Below are positions 1 to 11,062 of a stretch of DNA of 33,000 bases, one piece after another. The first letter of the stretch is position 1, and each line of letters opens with the position of its first letter. The translations under genes and the position numbers were made by a program. Source of the stretch: Sminthopsis crassicaudata (taxonomy: Eukaryota); NCBI RefSeq assembly GCF_048593235.1, contig NC_133621.1:254252238-254285237 (forward strand). Direction: 5' to 3'. Under the pieces are notes generated by a model that was not told the DNA's origin, ran no database searches, and worked only from the letters and a program-made list of their open reading frames with translations.

Positions 1-1959
1 CTACTATTGGTGCTTCTTTAATAAGAAGAGTTGGTGTGGGGGGTTGGGGGTGTGTGTAGTATTTTATAGTCTGAAAAAATGCTTTGTTTACATTATCTCA
101 TTTGAACCTTAAAACAGTTCTGTTGTTGATTTTGGTCAATGGCAGAGCTTTGGGTATGGGGTTACAAAGACCTGCTGTACATTGTTGTCCTTTATTAATT
201 TGTACTTTTCTTTGGAATTTTTAAAAGCACTTTGATATCATAAAGTAAAACACATTTTACATGAAACAAATGTTTAATACAAACAAACACTTTTAATGCC
301 TGTATTTCAAAGCATAAGTTGTTTCTTTTTATTTAGAACTTTCTGTCTCAAGGAAGATGACAGTCCCTCCTCAGAAAACTTTCTAAGTTTTCATGAATAG
401 ATGTGGCCAAAAATATTTATTAATTGTTGATAGGCCAATCCAAATATTTGTGCATGATTTGAGTAGAGGTCCAAATCCAAAGGTATTCTGGAACCATATC
501 CAACTGCCTTGAAAAAGTCCACTGGCAAATTTTCAGTGGAAATATTTATACCTCAAAAATCAACAAATAGTACAAATACAGACTTGATTTATTTATGTTG
601 TTATTTATTATCTAGACTTAAAGTGATAATAAATAGTTAATAATAAATAAACAAATAAATGAAAATTCAAAAGGCACAAAAAAGTGCCTAATGGGCAGTT
701 GTTTTTTTTTTTTTTGGTTTTTTTTTTTTTTCCAGAGAGCTGTTAAATATTTACCTGTATAACTCTTCCTATGTTTTTGTACAATTGATTCTATTATTTA
801 TGTGATATGCAATGTTATATCACTTCATAGACTGAATGTGATCCTTGATTCTTAAGTTCTAGAAGTTCTGAAGTTTCTCAGTGTGAGAAAACAGAAAATT
901 ATTGATATAATATAGAAATAAATTAAATATCTAGCTTTATAGAGAATGTTTTTACAGTTACAGTTGTAATTCACTCAGATTTCTTCATTCCATATCAACT
1001 GGCCTATTTGTATTGCAATTAAAGGGAGAGAAAGAGAGACAGAAAAACAGAGACACAGAGATAATAAGAGGAAAGAAATTTTTATTTCTCATAACTTAGC
1101 TTGCCTACTTTATTAGGGTAGCCACAATATGCAAGATCACTCTTCAGTGGCCTATTTATATCTGTCCTCTTTCCTTTTCCTGCTATTACCATCAACTAAA
1201 ACTGACATTTTATTTTTACTAAACATCAAGTGGATTAAATTTAAGAACGCAAATCTAGTATAACGATACTCAACAAAATGACAGTACTTCAGGATTTTCT
1301 GTTTCTCTTCTAAAACTGTTTCAATGGAGATTGTGGCTGGGAGACCACTTGGGAAAAGAGGGTAGAGGTAAGGTTATCATACAAAATTTAAAATATATTT
1401 GTATTTTCATGTTTAAAAATGTTTGCATATATATTTTATATTTGAGCTTTTGATTATTTTGTATTTCAGAATAAAATACTGCTCTAGTTAAGAAAAATGG
1501 AAAATAATTATTAAGAATAAAAGATATTCAAATCATTAATGCTGTTGACATGATATCATAAAAAATTTAATTTTAAGAGCTTGATTTGTTAATTTTATGC
1601 ATCATTTCCTTGGAAGTCTCATAGGTCTTAGTTTACTATCCATGCATTTTAAATAACATTTTTGTGGTACTCTTTTAAATTATACCTATAAAAATGTATA
1701 ATCTAATTTTAATGTTCTTTAGCAAGGAGGGAAATCTTCTTCAAATTATCTGAAAGACAAAAATCATATTTTTCCCCTTATATCCTCTAATGTCTTATAT
1801 ATTGGATAATGGATCTAAAAGATATATGATAAAAATGTATAGAGAGACTAAAAATTATAATTAAATTCATATTGTCATTTTCTCTGGGGAAGGAGGTGTC
1901 AATAGACTACCACATTATTTTAATCACTATTTTTGTGACTGTCTCTATCAGCATTTTTT

Positions 1960-2090
1960 CCCTTCTCTACATTATCTTCCATCTTAGAATGTTAACTTTC
2001 AGAATCTCACTTTTGTATTTTAAGGCTCAGAGTGTTTAACACTCATTAAGTATTTAATAAATGCTTTTCATTCATTTATTCATTTATTTA
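1960..2090 (+). mobile_element. L2 LINE 3' end fragment, ancient
   Basis: Resembles the L2 terminus from memory (cttagaatgttaac...ttaataaatgcttttcattcatttattcatt), including the ttca-like tail. Confidence 0.55.
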
Positions 2091-2241
2091 CCAGTTATAA
2101 CTGGAAATTCTAGCACCACAGTTCTTCACATCCTACCCCAAGTAGTCTACATCCTAGGCATCCACTCTATTCTGAAGATGTCATCATTCCTAGTAGACAT
2201 AAACTATTTTTCTTTGATGAAACTACTGGAATTTTTCCTCC

Positions 2242-2602
2242 TTTTTTAGAAAAAAAATTATTATAGCTTTTTATTTACAAGATATATGCATGGGTAATTT
2301 TTCAGCATTGACAATTGCAAAACCTTTTGTTCCAATTTTTCCCTCCCCCAGATGGCAGGTAGAACAATACATGTTAAATATCTTAAAGTATATGTTAAAT
2401 ACAATATATGTATACATATCCAAATAGTTATTTTGCTGCACAAGAAGAATCGGACTTTGAAATAATGTACAATTAACCTGTGAAGGAAATCAAAAATATA
2501 AGCGGACAAAAGCAGAGGGAAATGCTATGTACTGGTTCACACTCATTTCCCAGATTTCTTTCTCTGGGTGTAGCTTGTTCTATTCATTATTGAACAAATG
2601 GA
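2242..2602 (-). mobile_element. L1 3' UTR fragment, marsupial (dasyurid-like) type
   Basis: ttattatagctttttatttacaagatatatgcatgggtaatttttcagcattgacaattgcaaaacc...tctttctctgggtgtagc resembles the antisense 3' end of marsupial L1. Confidence 0.8.
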
Positions 2603-2619
2603 GAAAAGTTAAGGAGGGA

Positions 2620-2880
2620 CTATATTCCAGGGAGAGAAGAATGTTCAATGAGACTGGAAAAATAGAATAGACTCGTTTTGTATAGAATTTTACAATTGTC
2701 ATTGATGGTAGAGGCCATAAGAAGCTCCTGGAGTTGGTTGAGGGATGGAATCACATGTTCAAACCTATGCTTAAGGAAAATCATTTTGGGAACATTACAA
2801 ATGATATTATGGATGAGACACTCCTCATTGTGAGAGTGTTCTGGATTAGTCTCTTCTTCCACAAGTTATAGCAGTATATG
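2620..2880 (-). mobile_element. L2 LINE internal fragment
   Basis: attccagggagagaag...gaggccataagaagctcctggag...tcacatgttcaaacctatgcttaaggaaaatcattttgg resembles antisense L2; explains ORF 2620-2862. Confidence 0.6.
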
Positions 2881-3154
2881 AACTAAAGTAAAGATGTACA
2901 AATTTGACAATTTAAAAAATAATGAGAATTAGTGCTTTTATTATATTTTAACCTTTTAATGGTACTGTTTTTTTTACACATCAATTTGTATATACCTCCT
3001 ATGATGTCAAGTACAATTCCTCTTTACCTTAGTTAGTAGTTTTCAGGTTTGGGTTTGGCTGAAAAAGAAATCCACCACTTGCCAGTAACCTGATACATTC
3101 TTTTTCTTGGTGGTGTAGCTGGGTCTGATACTAGTATAAGGATTTTGTCATTCA

Positions 3155-3200
3155 TATTTGTGATTTCACTGGTGTAGGGCCCCTCTGTGGAGGGGATCTG
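3155..3200 (-). mobile_element. Short tail fragment of a WALLSI4-type marsupial SINE
   Basis: tgtgatttcactggtgtagggccc resembles tatgatttcattggtatagagagc at about 31300, the tail of the longer copy. Confidence 0.4.
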
Positions 3201-4024
3201 TAAGTTATTATTATAGATAATTGCTCAGAACACTGAAAAGTGAAATTCCTTGTTCTGTATCTCACAACCAGTATATGTCAAATATGCCTACTGAAGGTAA
3301 AGTTGTTATTCACATTACTTCACTTCTACTCCATGCTGCTGACCTAATGAACTTCTCCAAATTTAGTTTAGCTGGTTCTCAGTCAACAAATATTCAACAT
3401 ACTAATAATCTAAGCATTTCCAAAGTGCTAAGACTTCACTAGAATTTGTACTCCATTAGCAGAGATTTGGGGAACCCAATATCACCTCCATGCCAGATTC
3501 AGATGAGAAACCTTAAAGGTCTCACTGAAAACAATCACATCTGTATTATCTTGCTTATATATTGTGACACATTTTGATGTGGTTCATTATATTTTTTTAA
3601 AGATATCCCCATGATAGTTCTTAGAATAGTATAATGTGACAGAAAACTTCATAAAGGTCATGGACTGTTTTATTTATAAGCTATTTCATATTTCCTTTTT
3701 CCAAAAATTAATATTCATGTTCTGCTATTTTTGTCAAGCTTTATTCAGATATTTTCTCTTTGGAATGAAAAAATACATTTTTAATGTATTTTTTATTCAG
3801 AATTATCCTTCTTTGACTTTTTTTCACTTCTGACTGCTATATAGTATAATATATATGATTATGAGCATAATAATATATTTCTCTGTGGTAAATACACACA
3901 TATCCATTGTACCTATTAGGGAAGCAGTGACAAGGTCCAGGAAAACTGGGTCAGTAGTGATTGATATGACCTGACTGCTATAGAAATGAGTGTCCCAAAG
4001 AGGAAATTAGAAGAGATGGACCTT

Positions 4025-4052
4025 TGTGTGTGTGTGTGTGTGTGTGTGTGTG
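4025..4052 (+). repeat. (TG)14 microsatellite
   Basis: Directly visible. Confidence 0.97.
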
Positions 4053-4329
4053 AAGTCTCAGGATGGGGTGTTTATTATATTTCATGTTTTCTGTCCTTGA
4101 AGGGGAGAAAGTATTTTTCCAAGTATAGAAAAGAATAAACATTCAAATATGTTTTATTATAACCATAAACAGAAATATAAATATTTATAAGGCAAAGGGC
4201 AAATCTTAAAAAAAAAAAACATTGTTTTTACAGAACCAAAAACAAATAAAAGAAAAAATACTTTTGTTTTATGTTCTTTTGTAAGCCTAACCGAAATCCT
4301 GATGTCTTTGATTGTCTCTTTCATGATTT

Positions 4330-4485
4330 ATTTACCCTTCCTTTTCCCTTTTCCCCTTTAACTATATCTCTTCTATTTCACTCTTTTCTTCTCTCTTTTC
4401 CTCTCCTCTCCTCTCTTCCCCTTCCTTTCCCTACTCTCCTCTCTTCCCCCTCTTCTCTGCTCCCTTCTCCTCTCTTCCTTTTCTA
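4330..4485 (+). repeat. CT-rich low-complexity polypyrimidine tract
   Basis: ctctcttttcctctcctctcctctcttcccc...; produces the S/P/L-rich ORF 4271-4570. Confidence 0.85.
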
Positions 4486-4684
4486 CTGCCATATGTACAC
4501 AGTTCCAATTGTACCATTTTTTCTAAGTACATATAGGTCTTTCTATATTTCTTCATATGTTTTATATTGATCAGAATAACTGCAGTTTTAGAATACTTAT
4601 TATCCTTAATAATAAACATTATGTGGTAGAAAGAACAGTAGATTAGAGAAAAGAAAGACAAAGTTAAATACCCCTTTAATACTC

Positions 4685-4865
4685 ACTAGAAATGTGACCA
4701 TGAATCACACATCTTTTCTGAACTTCAGTGTCCATACTTGTAAAATGGAGATAGTGATGGAGCCTATTGTCACTATGGACTGTTATGAAGATCAGTGACT
4801 GATGTGAGGATTAGATGACATAATGTATGGATAGCCCTTTGAAAGCCAAAAAGACAATATAACTG
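4685..4865 (+). mobile_element. MIR (CORE-SINE) fragment
   Basis: tgtgaccatgaatcac...ctgaacttcagtgtccatacttgtaaaatggagatag...tgtgaggattagatgacataatg resembles the MIR core. Confidence 0.75.
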
Positions 4866-5561
4866 CCAATAATTACTATTTGCGATTTCCATTATTGTTT
4901 TTATATTTCTGTGGCATATGCAATGTTTTACTTTGAATGTCATATTATAGTAGAAAAAATTAACTAGATTAAAGATTGTTGGTGAAGCCTTCAGTGTTTC
5001 AGCTCACCTAATTCTTCATACTTATTTGCTTGCTTTTTTATGATAGGATTACCAAAAGACAAAATAGGACAAAAATTCTCTAATCAAAAAAAATTTCCTG
5101 ATTCCTTCTTAATCAGAAGACTTGCATTTTAACTGATGACTATGACTAGAGAGCCACGAAGAAGCAGAAATTGGAATAAATGATAAAAAACATTTGCTGG
5201 TTTCCGTTCTATTCAAGTTGTGGTAACAACATAATTTGATTTTTTTCTAAGAGTATAATTTTAAAGAAGCCTTTCTTTCATTAAAAAAAAAAATCACATG
5301 ATTTTTCTTTCTTTCATTTCCATGAATGAACATCATATTCTCTCTTTCAAGGAACGGAGCAAGATGTATTTGACTCTCTTATGCATGGGGATAGAATAAG
5401 TTTGAGTTCTTGGATGATTTGAACTAATATAGACATAAATTATGTTTTCAAACTTCTCAGCATCCTGCACTTCCACGTTATGGGTAGTGAAGATTGTTTT
5501 TGTTTTATAGCCTTTGTTAATGTGTTTGCAGATTGCATTGAAAGAGTCTGAGAAAATTACC

Positions 5562-5581
5562 CCATAAATCAGAATTGACAG
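5562..5581. promoter_or_regulatory. Candidate Pbx-Hox site with adjacent Meis/TALE site
   Basis: CCATAAATCA (TGATTTATGG on the minus strand) at 5562-5571 and TGACAG at 5576-5581; motif match only. Confidence 0.3.
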
Positions 5582-5614
5582 TCTCAAGTAATTTTTTTCT
5601 TTTGATTGTTCTAG

Positions 5615-5645
5615 TCTGCTGCTTCACTCAATAAGAAGGGCATAG
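5615..5645 (+). other. Candidate 31-nt cassette or cryptic exon
   Basis: tttttttcttttgattgttctag|TCTGCTGCTTCACTCAATAAGAAGGGCATAG|gtatgt; splice motifs only. Confidence 0.3.
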
Positions 5646-5647
5646 GT

Positions 5648-5662
5648 ATGTATGTGCATGTG

Positions 5663-5720
<58 letters not shown>

Positions 5721-5726
5721 TGTGTG
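5648..5726 (+). repeat. Compound (TG)n microsatellite, pure (TG)21 at 5671-5712
   Basis: Directly visible. Confidence 0.97.
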
Positions 5727-6419
5727 TTTAGGTGTCTAAAGTAAGGCTAACCTTTTGCAGCTGATCTGATCCTCAGTTCATTGTTTCTAAAAGCTAAACA
5801 GAAATAGTGAATTAGACTGAGGGCTAGGTCAATGACATCACTCCATAAAGATTGAGAAACATTACTCCATTTCTAAATTGGTCATTCATTTGGCATCATT
5901 TACGAAATTAGAGAAATGGAGATATTTTCCATGTGACTTGATGCTGTTCTTAAAAATGTAGAACTTCAATAAATTTTGTTTTATAGAGATGTTTCATAGC
6001 ATAATTAATTATAGATATAATAAATGTTCTTTTTAGATGCCCCATGGTAGCATGTAAAGTAAAAAAATACTTTTATAGCCAAACTCATTGTCTAGATAGT
6101 ACATTTCTCTTTTACTCAGTCATATACAGAATAGTAACTATAACTGGACTTTATGATTCTAATCACCTGCAAAGAGGCAAATTAAAATATATAAAGCAAT
6201 AAGTGGTGCTTTGAGTTGGGACGTCAGACTTGCCTTTATTTATTATTCCTTCTTGCAGATTATTTGGCCTTAAATTAGCTTTGTGAAATGCACTTTATAG
6301 GAAAAGAGATTTTTTTTTTATTCAAGAAATGGCTTCTTCCCAATTGGTGTGTCATAACTTTTAATGGAGGCAGCACCTTAAGGAAAAAAAATGAATTAAA
6401 GTTGATTCCCTTCCTAATC

Positions 6420-6535
6420 TTTTCCCCTTGGAACATGAGCTCATCAAGGGTAAGGACTATTTGGGATTTTTTTTTGTCTATTTTCCCACTGCATAATAAC
6501 TGTTTAATATATGTTGGTTGGGTTGAAATGAATTA
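6420..6535 (+). mobile_element. L2 LINE 3' end fragment
   Basis: ttggaacatgagctcatcaagggtaaggactat...tttaatatatgttggttgggttgaaatgaa resembles the L2 terminus. Confidence 0.6.
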
Positions 6536-6802
6536 TATATTCTGTTCTCTACCTAATACTGCCTTTTGGCAGTATTAATGGCTTCTCCTGAATATGTCTC
6601 CTCCCTCGGTTTTTTGGCTTATTTCTCTTGCTTCTCTTTCTACCTGTCTTGTGTCCTTCTCAATATCCCTTGTTGAATCTTCAGCCATGTCTCTCCCAGT
6701 TAATTGAAGGAGAAAGAAAGGATAAGAAGAAGAGGGAGGGAAGGGAAGCAAGGAGAGATGGGGAGTGACAGACAGAAGGATAAAGAGAGGGGGAGAGGGA
6801 GG

Positions 6803-6804
<2 letters not shown>

Positions 6805-6852
<48 letters not shown>
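6805..6852 (+). repeat. (GT)24 microsatellite preceded by a GA-rich purine tract (about 6707-6804)
   Basis: Directly visible; gives the THTHTH stretch of ORF 6575-6862. Confidence 0.97.
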
Positions 6853-6854
<2 letters not shown>

Positions 6855-7119
6855 GTTTCCATATGATAGATAAGGACTCATAATCTCAAAGAAGACAAAT
6901 GTGCAAAAAAGTTAATTGCATAGGTTATCTAAGTCATAAGGTGTTTTTTCCAATATGAGTGCGGCAGGCAAAAGCAAAAACAAAAACAGAAAAGGCTATT
7001 TTTGTCAAAAATCCAAAAAAGTAAAATTTAACTTTAAAAAGTTAAGAGTATGAAATAATGAAAGATAACTGAGTAGAAACAAGAGAATATTTTATATAGT
7101 AACAACAATTTTTAAAGAA

Positions 7120-7191
7120 TGACAGCTAGGTTGTGCAGTGCATAGAGCACCAGCCCTGAGGTCAGGAGGACCTGAGTTCAAATTTGATCTC
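7120..7191 (+). mobile_element. 5' tRNA-derived head of a young marsupial SINE (WSINE1/Mar1-type), cut off by the gap
   Basis: gacagctaggttgtgcagtgcatagagcaccagccctgaggtcaggaggacctgagttcaaatttgatctc with A-box-like and B-box-like (gagttcaaat) motifs. Confidence 0.85.
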
Positions 7192-7455
7192 NNNNNNNNN
7201 NNNNNNNNNNNNNNNNNNNNNNNNNNNNNNNNNNNNNNNNNNNNNNNNNNNNNNNNNNNNNNNNNNNNNNNNNNNNNNNNNNNNNNNNNNNNNNNNNNNN
7301 NNNNNNNNNNNNNNNNNNNNNNNNNNNNNNNNNNNNNNNNNNNNNNNNNNNNNNNNNNNNNNNNNNNNNNNNNNNNNNNNNNNNNNNNNNNNNNNNNNNN
7401 NNNNNNNNNNNNNNNNNNNNNNNNNNNNNNNNNNNNNNNNNNNNNNNNNNNNNNT
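7192..7455. other. Assembly gap (264 N)
   Basis: Directly visible. Confidence 1.
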
Positions 7456-7772
7456 TTTGACTATTATAAATACCCAAATTAACTATAAAGGACATATGCA
7501 GAAAGATACTATCTGCATCTAGATAAAGAACTGATAAATAGAAGTATTATATAGAATAATTTTACATATTTGTGTCTAATAGTATCCATCTTGGGGGAGA
7601 GGGCTAGAAGAGAAAGGGGGAAAAAGAAATAATTTCTTAGAAATTTACATGATAAAAAAGGAATGCAAGTTGTATAAAATAGATTTATAATTTACAATAG
7701 ATTTATAATCATTTTTATCATATCTATTGTAAAAATACATGTTTTATTCCATAAATTAAAAATAAAATAAAC
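7456..7772 (+). mobile_element. L1 3' UTR fragment, marsupial type
   Basis: aaaggacatatgcagaaagatactatctgcatctagataaagaactgataaatagaag... ending in A-rich aaattaaaaataaaataa. Confidence 0.7.
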
Positions 7773-8509
7773 AATTTTGCTGTGTGCAAAGTTTTCCCAA
7801 TTCCTTATACTCTCTAGAATACTAACATTCTTAAGAAAAGATACCTTGTGTCAAGCTGCTACCTAGTCCCCAAAATATTCTAGGATAAGAACTCACCTAT
7901 GACTTAATTGATGATACAGAATCATGGATTGTATATTGCTGACAGGGTTTGAACCTAGCTGGTTTGAACCTGGCTTTTGATTCCAGAACCATTGTTCTTC
8001 CCATTGTACTATTATACTTCATCCTCATGAATTTCTTGAACCATAAAAAATGTTAGGATTTTGCTTAGGAACAAACAACTAATTAGTAGCAGAGGTGGGA
8101 CTTGAAGCCCAGCACATCATGTCCTCTAACTTTGCATCTACTATTCCATAAATATATTTTTAAAAAAAATTTCCAATACAGAGTAAACGATACTCTTACA
8201 AAGATAGATTTCTTGGCTTCATTGGAATGGAGTGTAAAGATGTTTAGTATCCTGTTCTAACTCTTGGTCATTTTGAAGATGAATGGAGACCACCTTTAAA
8301 TACCTTGCTATGTAGACATCCATTTCTCCTCTGTGTAAATGTCAGTTTACTAAAACTGTTAACTAAAATGTCACTATTTATTGATAGTATTACTCAGATT
8401 CCATTAATATTTATTAAGGCAAAATCTTTGATGCATTTTCTTAATATATTTTCTCCAATTTCACACTCAGAAGCACAAATTTAGATTTCAAATCAATTTC
8501 AGTTATCCA

Positions 8510-8620
8510 ATTTAAAGCCCTTATAATAGGGATGAGGAAATTGAAGTCTAGAAAAGTTAAATGACTTGGTTAAGGTCATCTACTTGTTAAATGACCAGAG
8601 TTGTTTCATTCCACATTCAA
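8510..8620 (-). mobile_element. MIR fragment
   Basis: gatgaggaaattgaagtctagaaaagttaaatgacttggttaaggtcat resembles the antisense MIR core. Confidence 0.7.
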
Positions 8621-8824
8621 CACTCTTTTAATTGAACCAGGATATCTATCACAAATATGATACAACAATTTTGAAGTCATAATAAAATTTTTAAAGAAAG
8701 TGAAATTGTTGTGATATATAGGTACATACATATATATAATTATACTGATTAGTATTCTGATATGTTCTTAGGCCTTAAATCAAAGAAGGATTAAATTTAT
8801 TAATTCTCTGAACAATGAAAATTC

Positions 8825-9306
8825 AGACAGGAAAAGATAATTATAAATGTTGCAGGGTATATGGGAAAAACTGGGACACTAATACATTGTTGATGGAGTT
8901 GTGAAATGATCCAAGCATTCCAGAGGGCAATCTGGAAGTATGTCCAGAGGGCTATCAAACTGTGCATACTCTTTGAATCAGCAGTGCCATTACTGGATCT
9001 GTATCCCAAGGAAACCCTAAAGGAGGGAAAAGAACCCACATGTACAAAAATGTTTGTAACAGCTCTTTTTTGTGGTTGCAAAGAACTGGAAAATGAGTAG
9101 ATGCCCAACAGTTGAGGAATGGCTGAATAAGCTGTAGTATGTGAAGGGATTTTTAAGTTTAGAAAATTCAACTTAGAAAGACCTGGAAAGATTTGCATGA
9201 ATTGATGCTGAGTGAAACAAGCAGAACCAGGAATATGTTTTACACACTGATAGCAAGAATGTGTGCTGATCAACTATGAAATACTTGGTTCTACAGAGTA
9301 ATTCAG
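8825..9306 (+). mobile_element. L1 fragment: degenerate ORF2 C-terminus plus start of 3' UTR, running into the gap
   Basis: ORF 8906-9100 (RAIWKYVQRAIKLCILFESAVPLLDLYPKE...PTCTKMFVTALF) matches the L1 ORF2 C-terminal pattern (IPFDPAIPLLGLYPKE...CTKIFIAALF); disrupted by stops and frameshifts. Confidence 0.92.
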
Positions 9307-9477
9307 NNNNNNNNNNNNNNNNNNNNNNNNNNNNNNNNNNNNNNNNNNNNNNNNNNNNNNNNNNNNNNNNNNNNNNNNNNNNNNNNNNNNNNNNNNNNNN
9401 NNNNNNNNNNNNNNNNNNNNNNNNNNNNNNNNNNNNNNNNNNNNNNNNNNNNNNNNNNNNNNNNNNNNNNNNNNNNN
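9307..9477. other. Assembly gap (171 N)
   Basis: Directly visible. Confidence 1.
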
Positions 9478-9564
9478 GCATCATAAAGAATAAGTCTACA
9501 ACATGCCAAAGAATTGAAATAACATCCAATTTTCAAATGGAGAATTTCAGATATATCTCTTCAG

Positions 9565-9650
9565 ATATATATAGAGAGAGATAGATCTAGATCTAGATCT
9601 AGATGTAGATGTAGATCTAGATCTAGATCTATCTCTATATCTATATATAT
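9565..9650. repeat. Palindromic (TAGATC)n compound microsatellite forming an inverted repeat
   Basis: 25-bp arms at 9577-9601 and 9612-9636 are exact reverse complements around a 10-nt loop. Confidence 0.95.
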
Positions 9651-10292
9651 GGATGGATATTCCAGGACCAGATTAGTTTAGAACCTTGATCTATGCCTAT
9701 GAATTTAGTGATTTCTTGTATGGAAGACTGAGATGAGCAACTGATATGATACCAAAGATTTATATGATTGCCTGAAAACACTATGGTTAAAAATTTACCC
9801 ATGTTTATATTGCTAGTATATGGGAAGCAAGATTTGGACTTACGCCTTCCTGGCTCTAAAACAAAGTTTTCTATCTGGTTTTACCACCCTGCCTTTTAAA
9901 AGTGATAGATAGTAAAATATGTGTTAAAGTTCCTGGCATTCTAGCATTCAAACCCACTGGTCTGCAACTAAGAAATTGCTCTAAACTTGAATGAGTAAAG
10001 ATTTATTTGGGGGTTTTTTGTTGTTGTTTTTATTTGTTTGTTTGTTTTGAATGGGGATTGCAATGAACATTACTTAGCATTTTATTTTTAAAACTTAAAA
10101 TCCCAGAATAGATTCTGAGAAAACAGCTCATCCATATGATTACTTCATTAATCAGGTGGTGTCCTTTCCACTCATTAGATTATTTGGTGGCTGAACTAAC
10201 TGCTCATTTTGAGATTTCATTGTAACACAGTGTTAAATTTATTAAGAGAAAACTTTCTGAACCAATTAAAATATGCCTTTCAAATGTTTTAT

Positions 10293-10468
10293 CAAGGTTT
10301 TCTTAACTTGGAGTCAATGATATTTATTTTCTTGACATTTTCACAATTATGCTGCATTATAATTAATTTCTTTTGTAATTCTATATAAATAAAATATGCA
10401 TTTTTCTGAGAGGTCAATACACTAGACTGCCAAAAGATTTCTGACACATAAAAAGGCAAGAATTTCTG
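10293..10468. mobile_element. Non-autonomous hAT/Charlie-like DNA transposon remnant (MITE-sized)
   Basis: Ends caaggttttcttaac... and ...ggcaagaatttctg resemble degenerate CAGGGGTTCTTAACC-type TIRs; interior ctagactgccaaaag...ctgacacataaaaagg fits this family from memory; no clear TSD. Confidence 0.6.
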
Positions 10469-11062
10469 CTTTAAAATGCCTTAATATTTTCTGAAAAGAA
10501 AAAAAAAACCAGGATATAACTGCACTGTCCTATGATTAAAAATGATTATCTTTTGGACAACTTAAAGCTGTTATCAATTAGTATGAAAGAAACTGACTTT
10601 ACTATAGAAAAGCAGATGTAGACTATCTTCCTTGAAAATATTAGGGAGGTGTTTCATGCTTTCCATTTCTGTCTTGAATAAATCATTGATTTGGAATCAC
10701 ATAAGGTCACATGTTATACTCACATTCTTCCCTAGGAGAATGTTTGTTTGGGTCAAAAATAGGTTGCAAGTAACTAAATAGCAGCTCTGTTCAGTTGACC
10801 TCACTTTCCTCAGCCTTTCTTCCCATCTTATACCATCCCCAATTCCAGTATCATCTAGTGAGGTAGTGGGCCAAACAGAAAACTGGCACTTTTCTGCCTT
10901 TGTATCATAATTGCTTCAGGGATTTGGGGACCAAGAGATTAATTGGCCTCTTATATTGAACTGGGGATATGTGAATGGTTCCTATTGCTTTCCCCAACTG
11001 CTAACCATGTCCAAAAGGGATGGGGACAGGAAGTTATTAATGCTGAGTGTAGGAAAAAATGT

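Noticed and set aside
3048-3199. Plus-strand exon-like unit (ttttcag|...ATCT|gtaagt) and an overlapping minus-strand frame
   Set aside because: Stops in all frames, and the 3' part is explained by a SINE tail fragment.
5352-5399. 48-nt plus-strand exon (ttcaag|GAACGG...AATAA|gtttga)
   Set aside because: The acceptor is good but the donor is weak, and the peptide is not recognised.
5333-5587. 84-aa minus-strand ORF as a terminal coding exon
   Set aside because: No recognisable homology, a weak acceptor and a non-ATG start; better treated as a non-coding island.
6575-6862. 95-aa ORF with a TH repeat
   Set aside because: Artefact of the (GT)n microsatellite and purine tract.
7120-7191. tRNA gene
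   Set aside because: The A/B-box-like motifs belong to a tRNA-derived SINE head; no cloverleaf is supportable.
7138-7522. ORFs longer than 100 aa spanning the first gap (likewise 9173-9584 at the second gap)
   Set aside because: They are open only because N-runs contain no stop codons.
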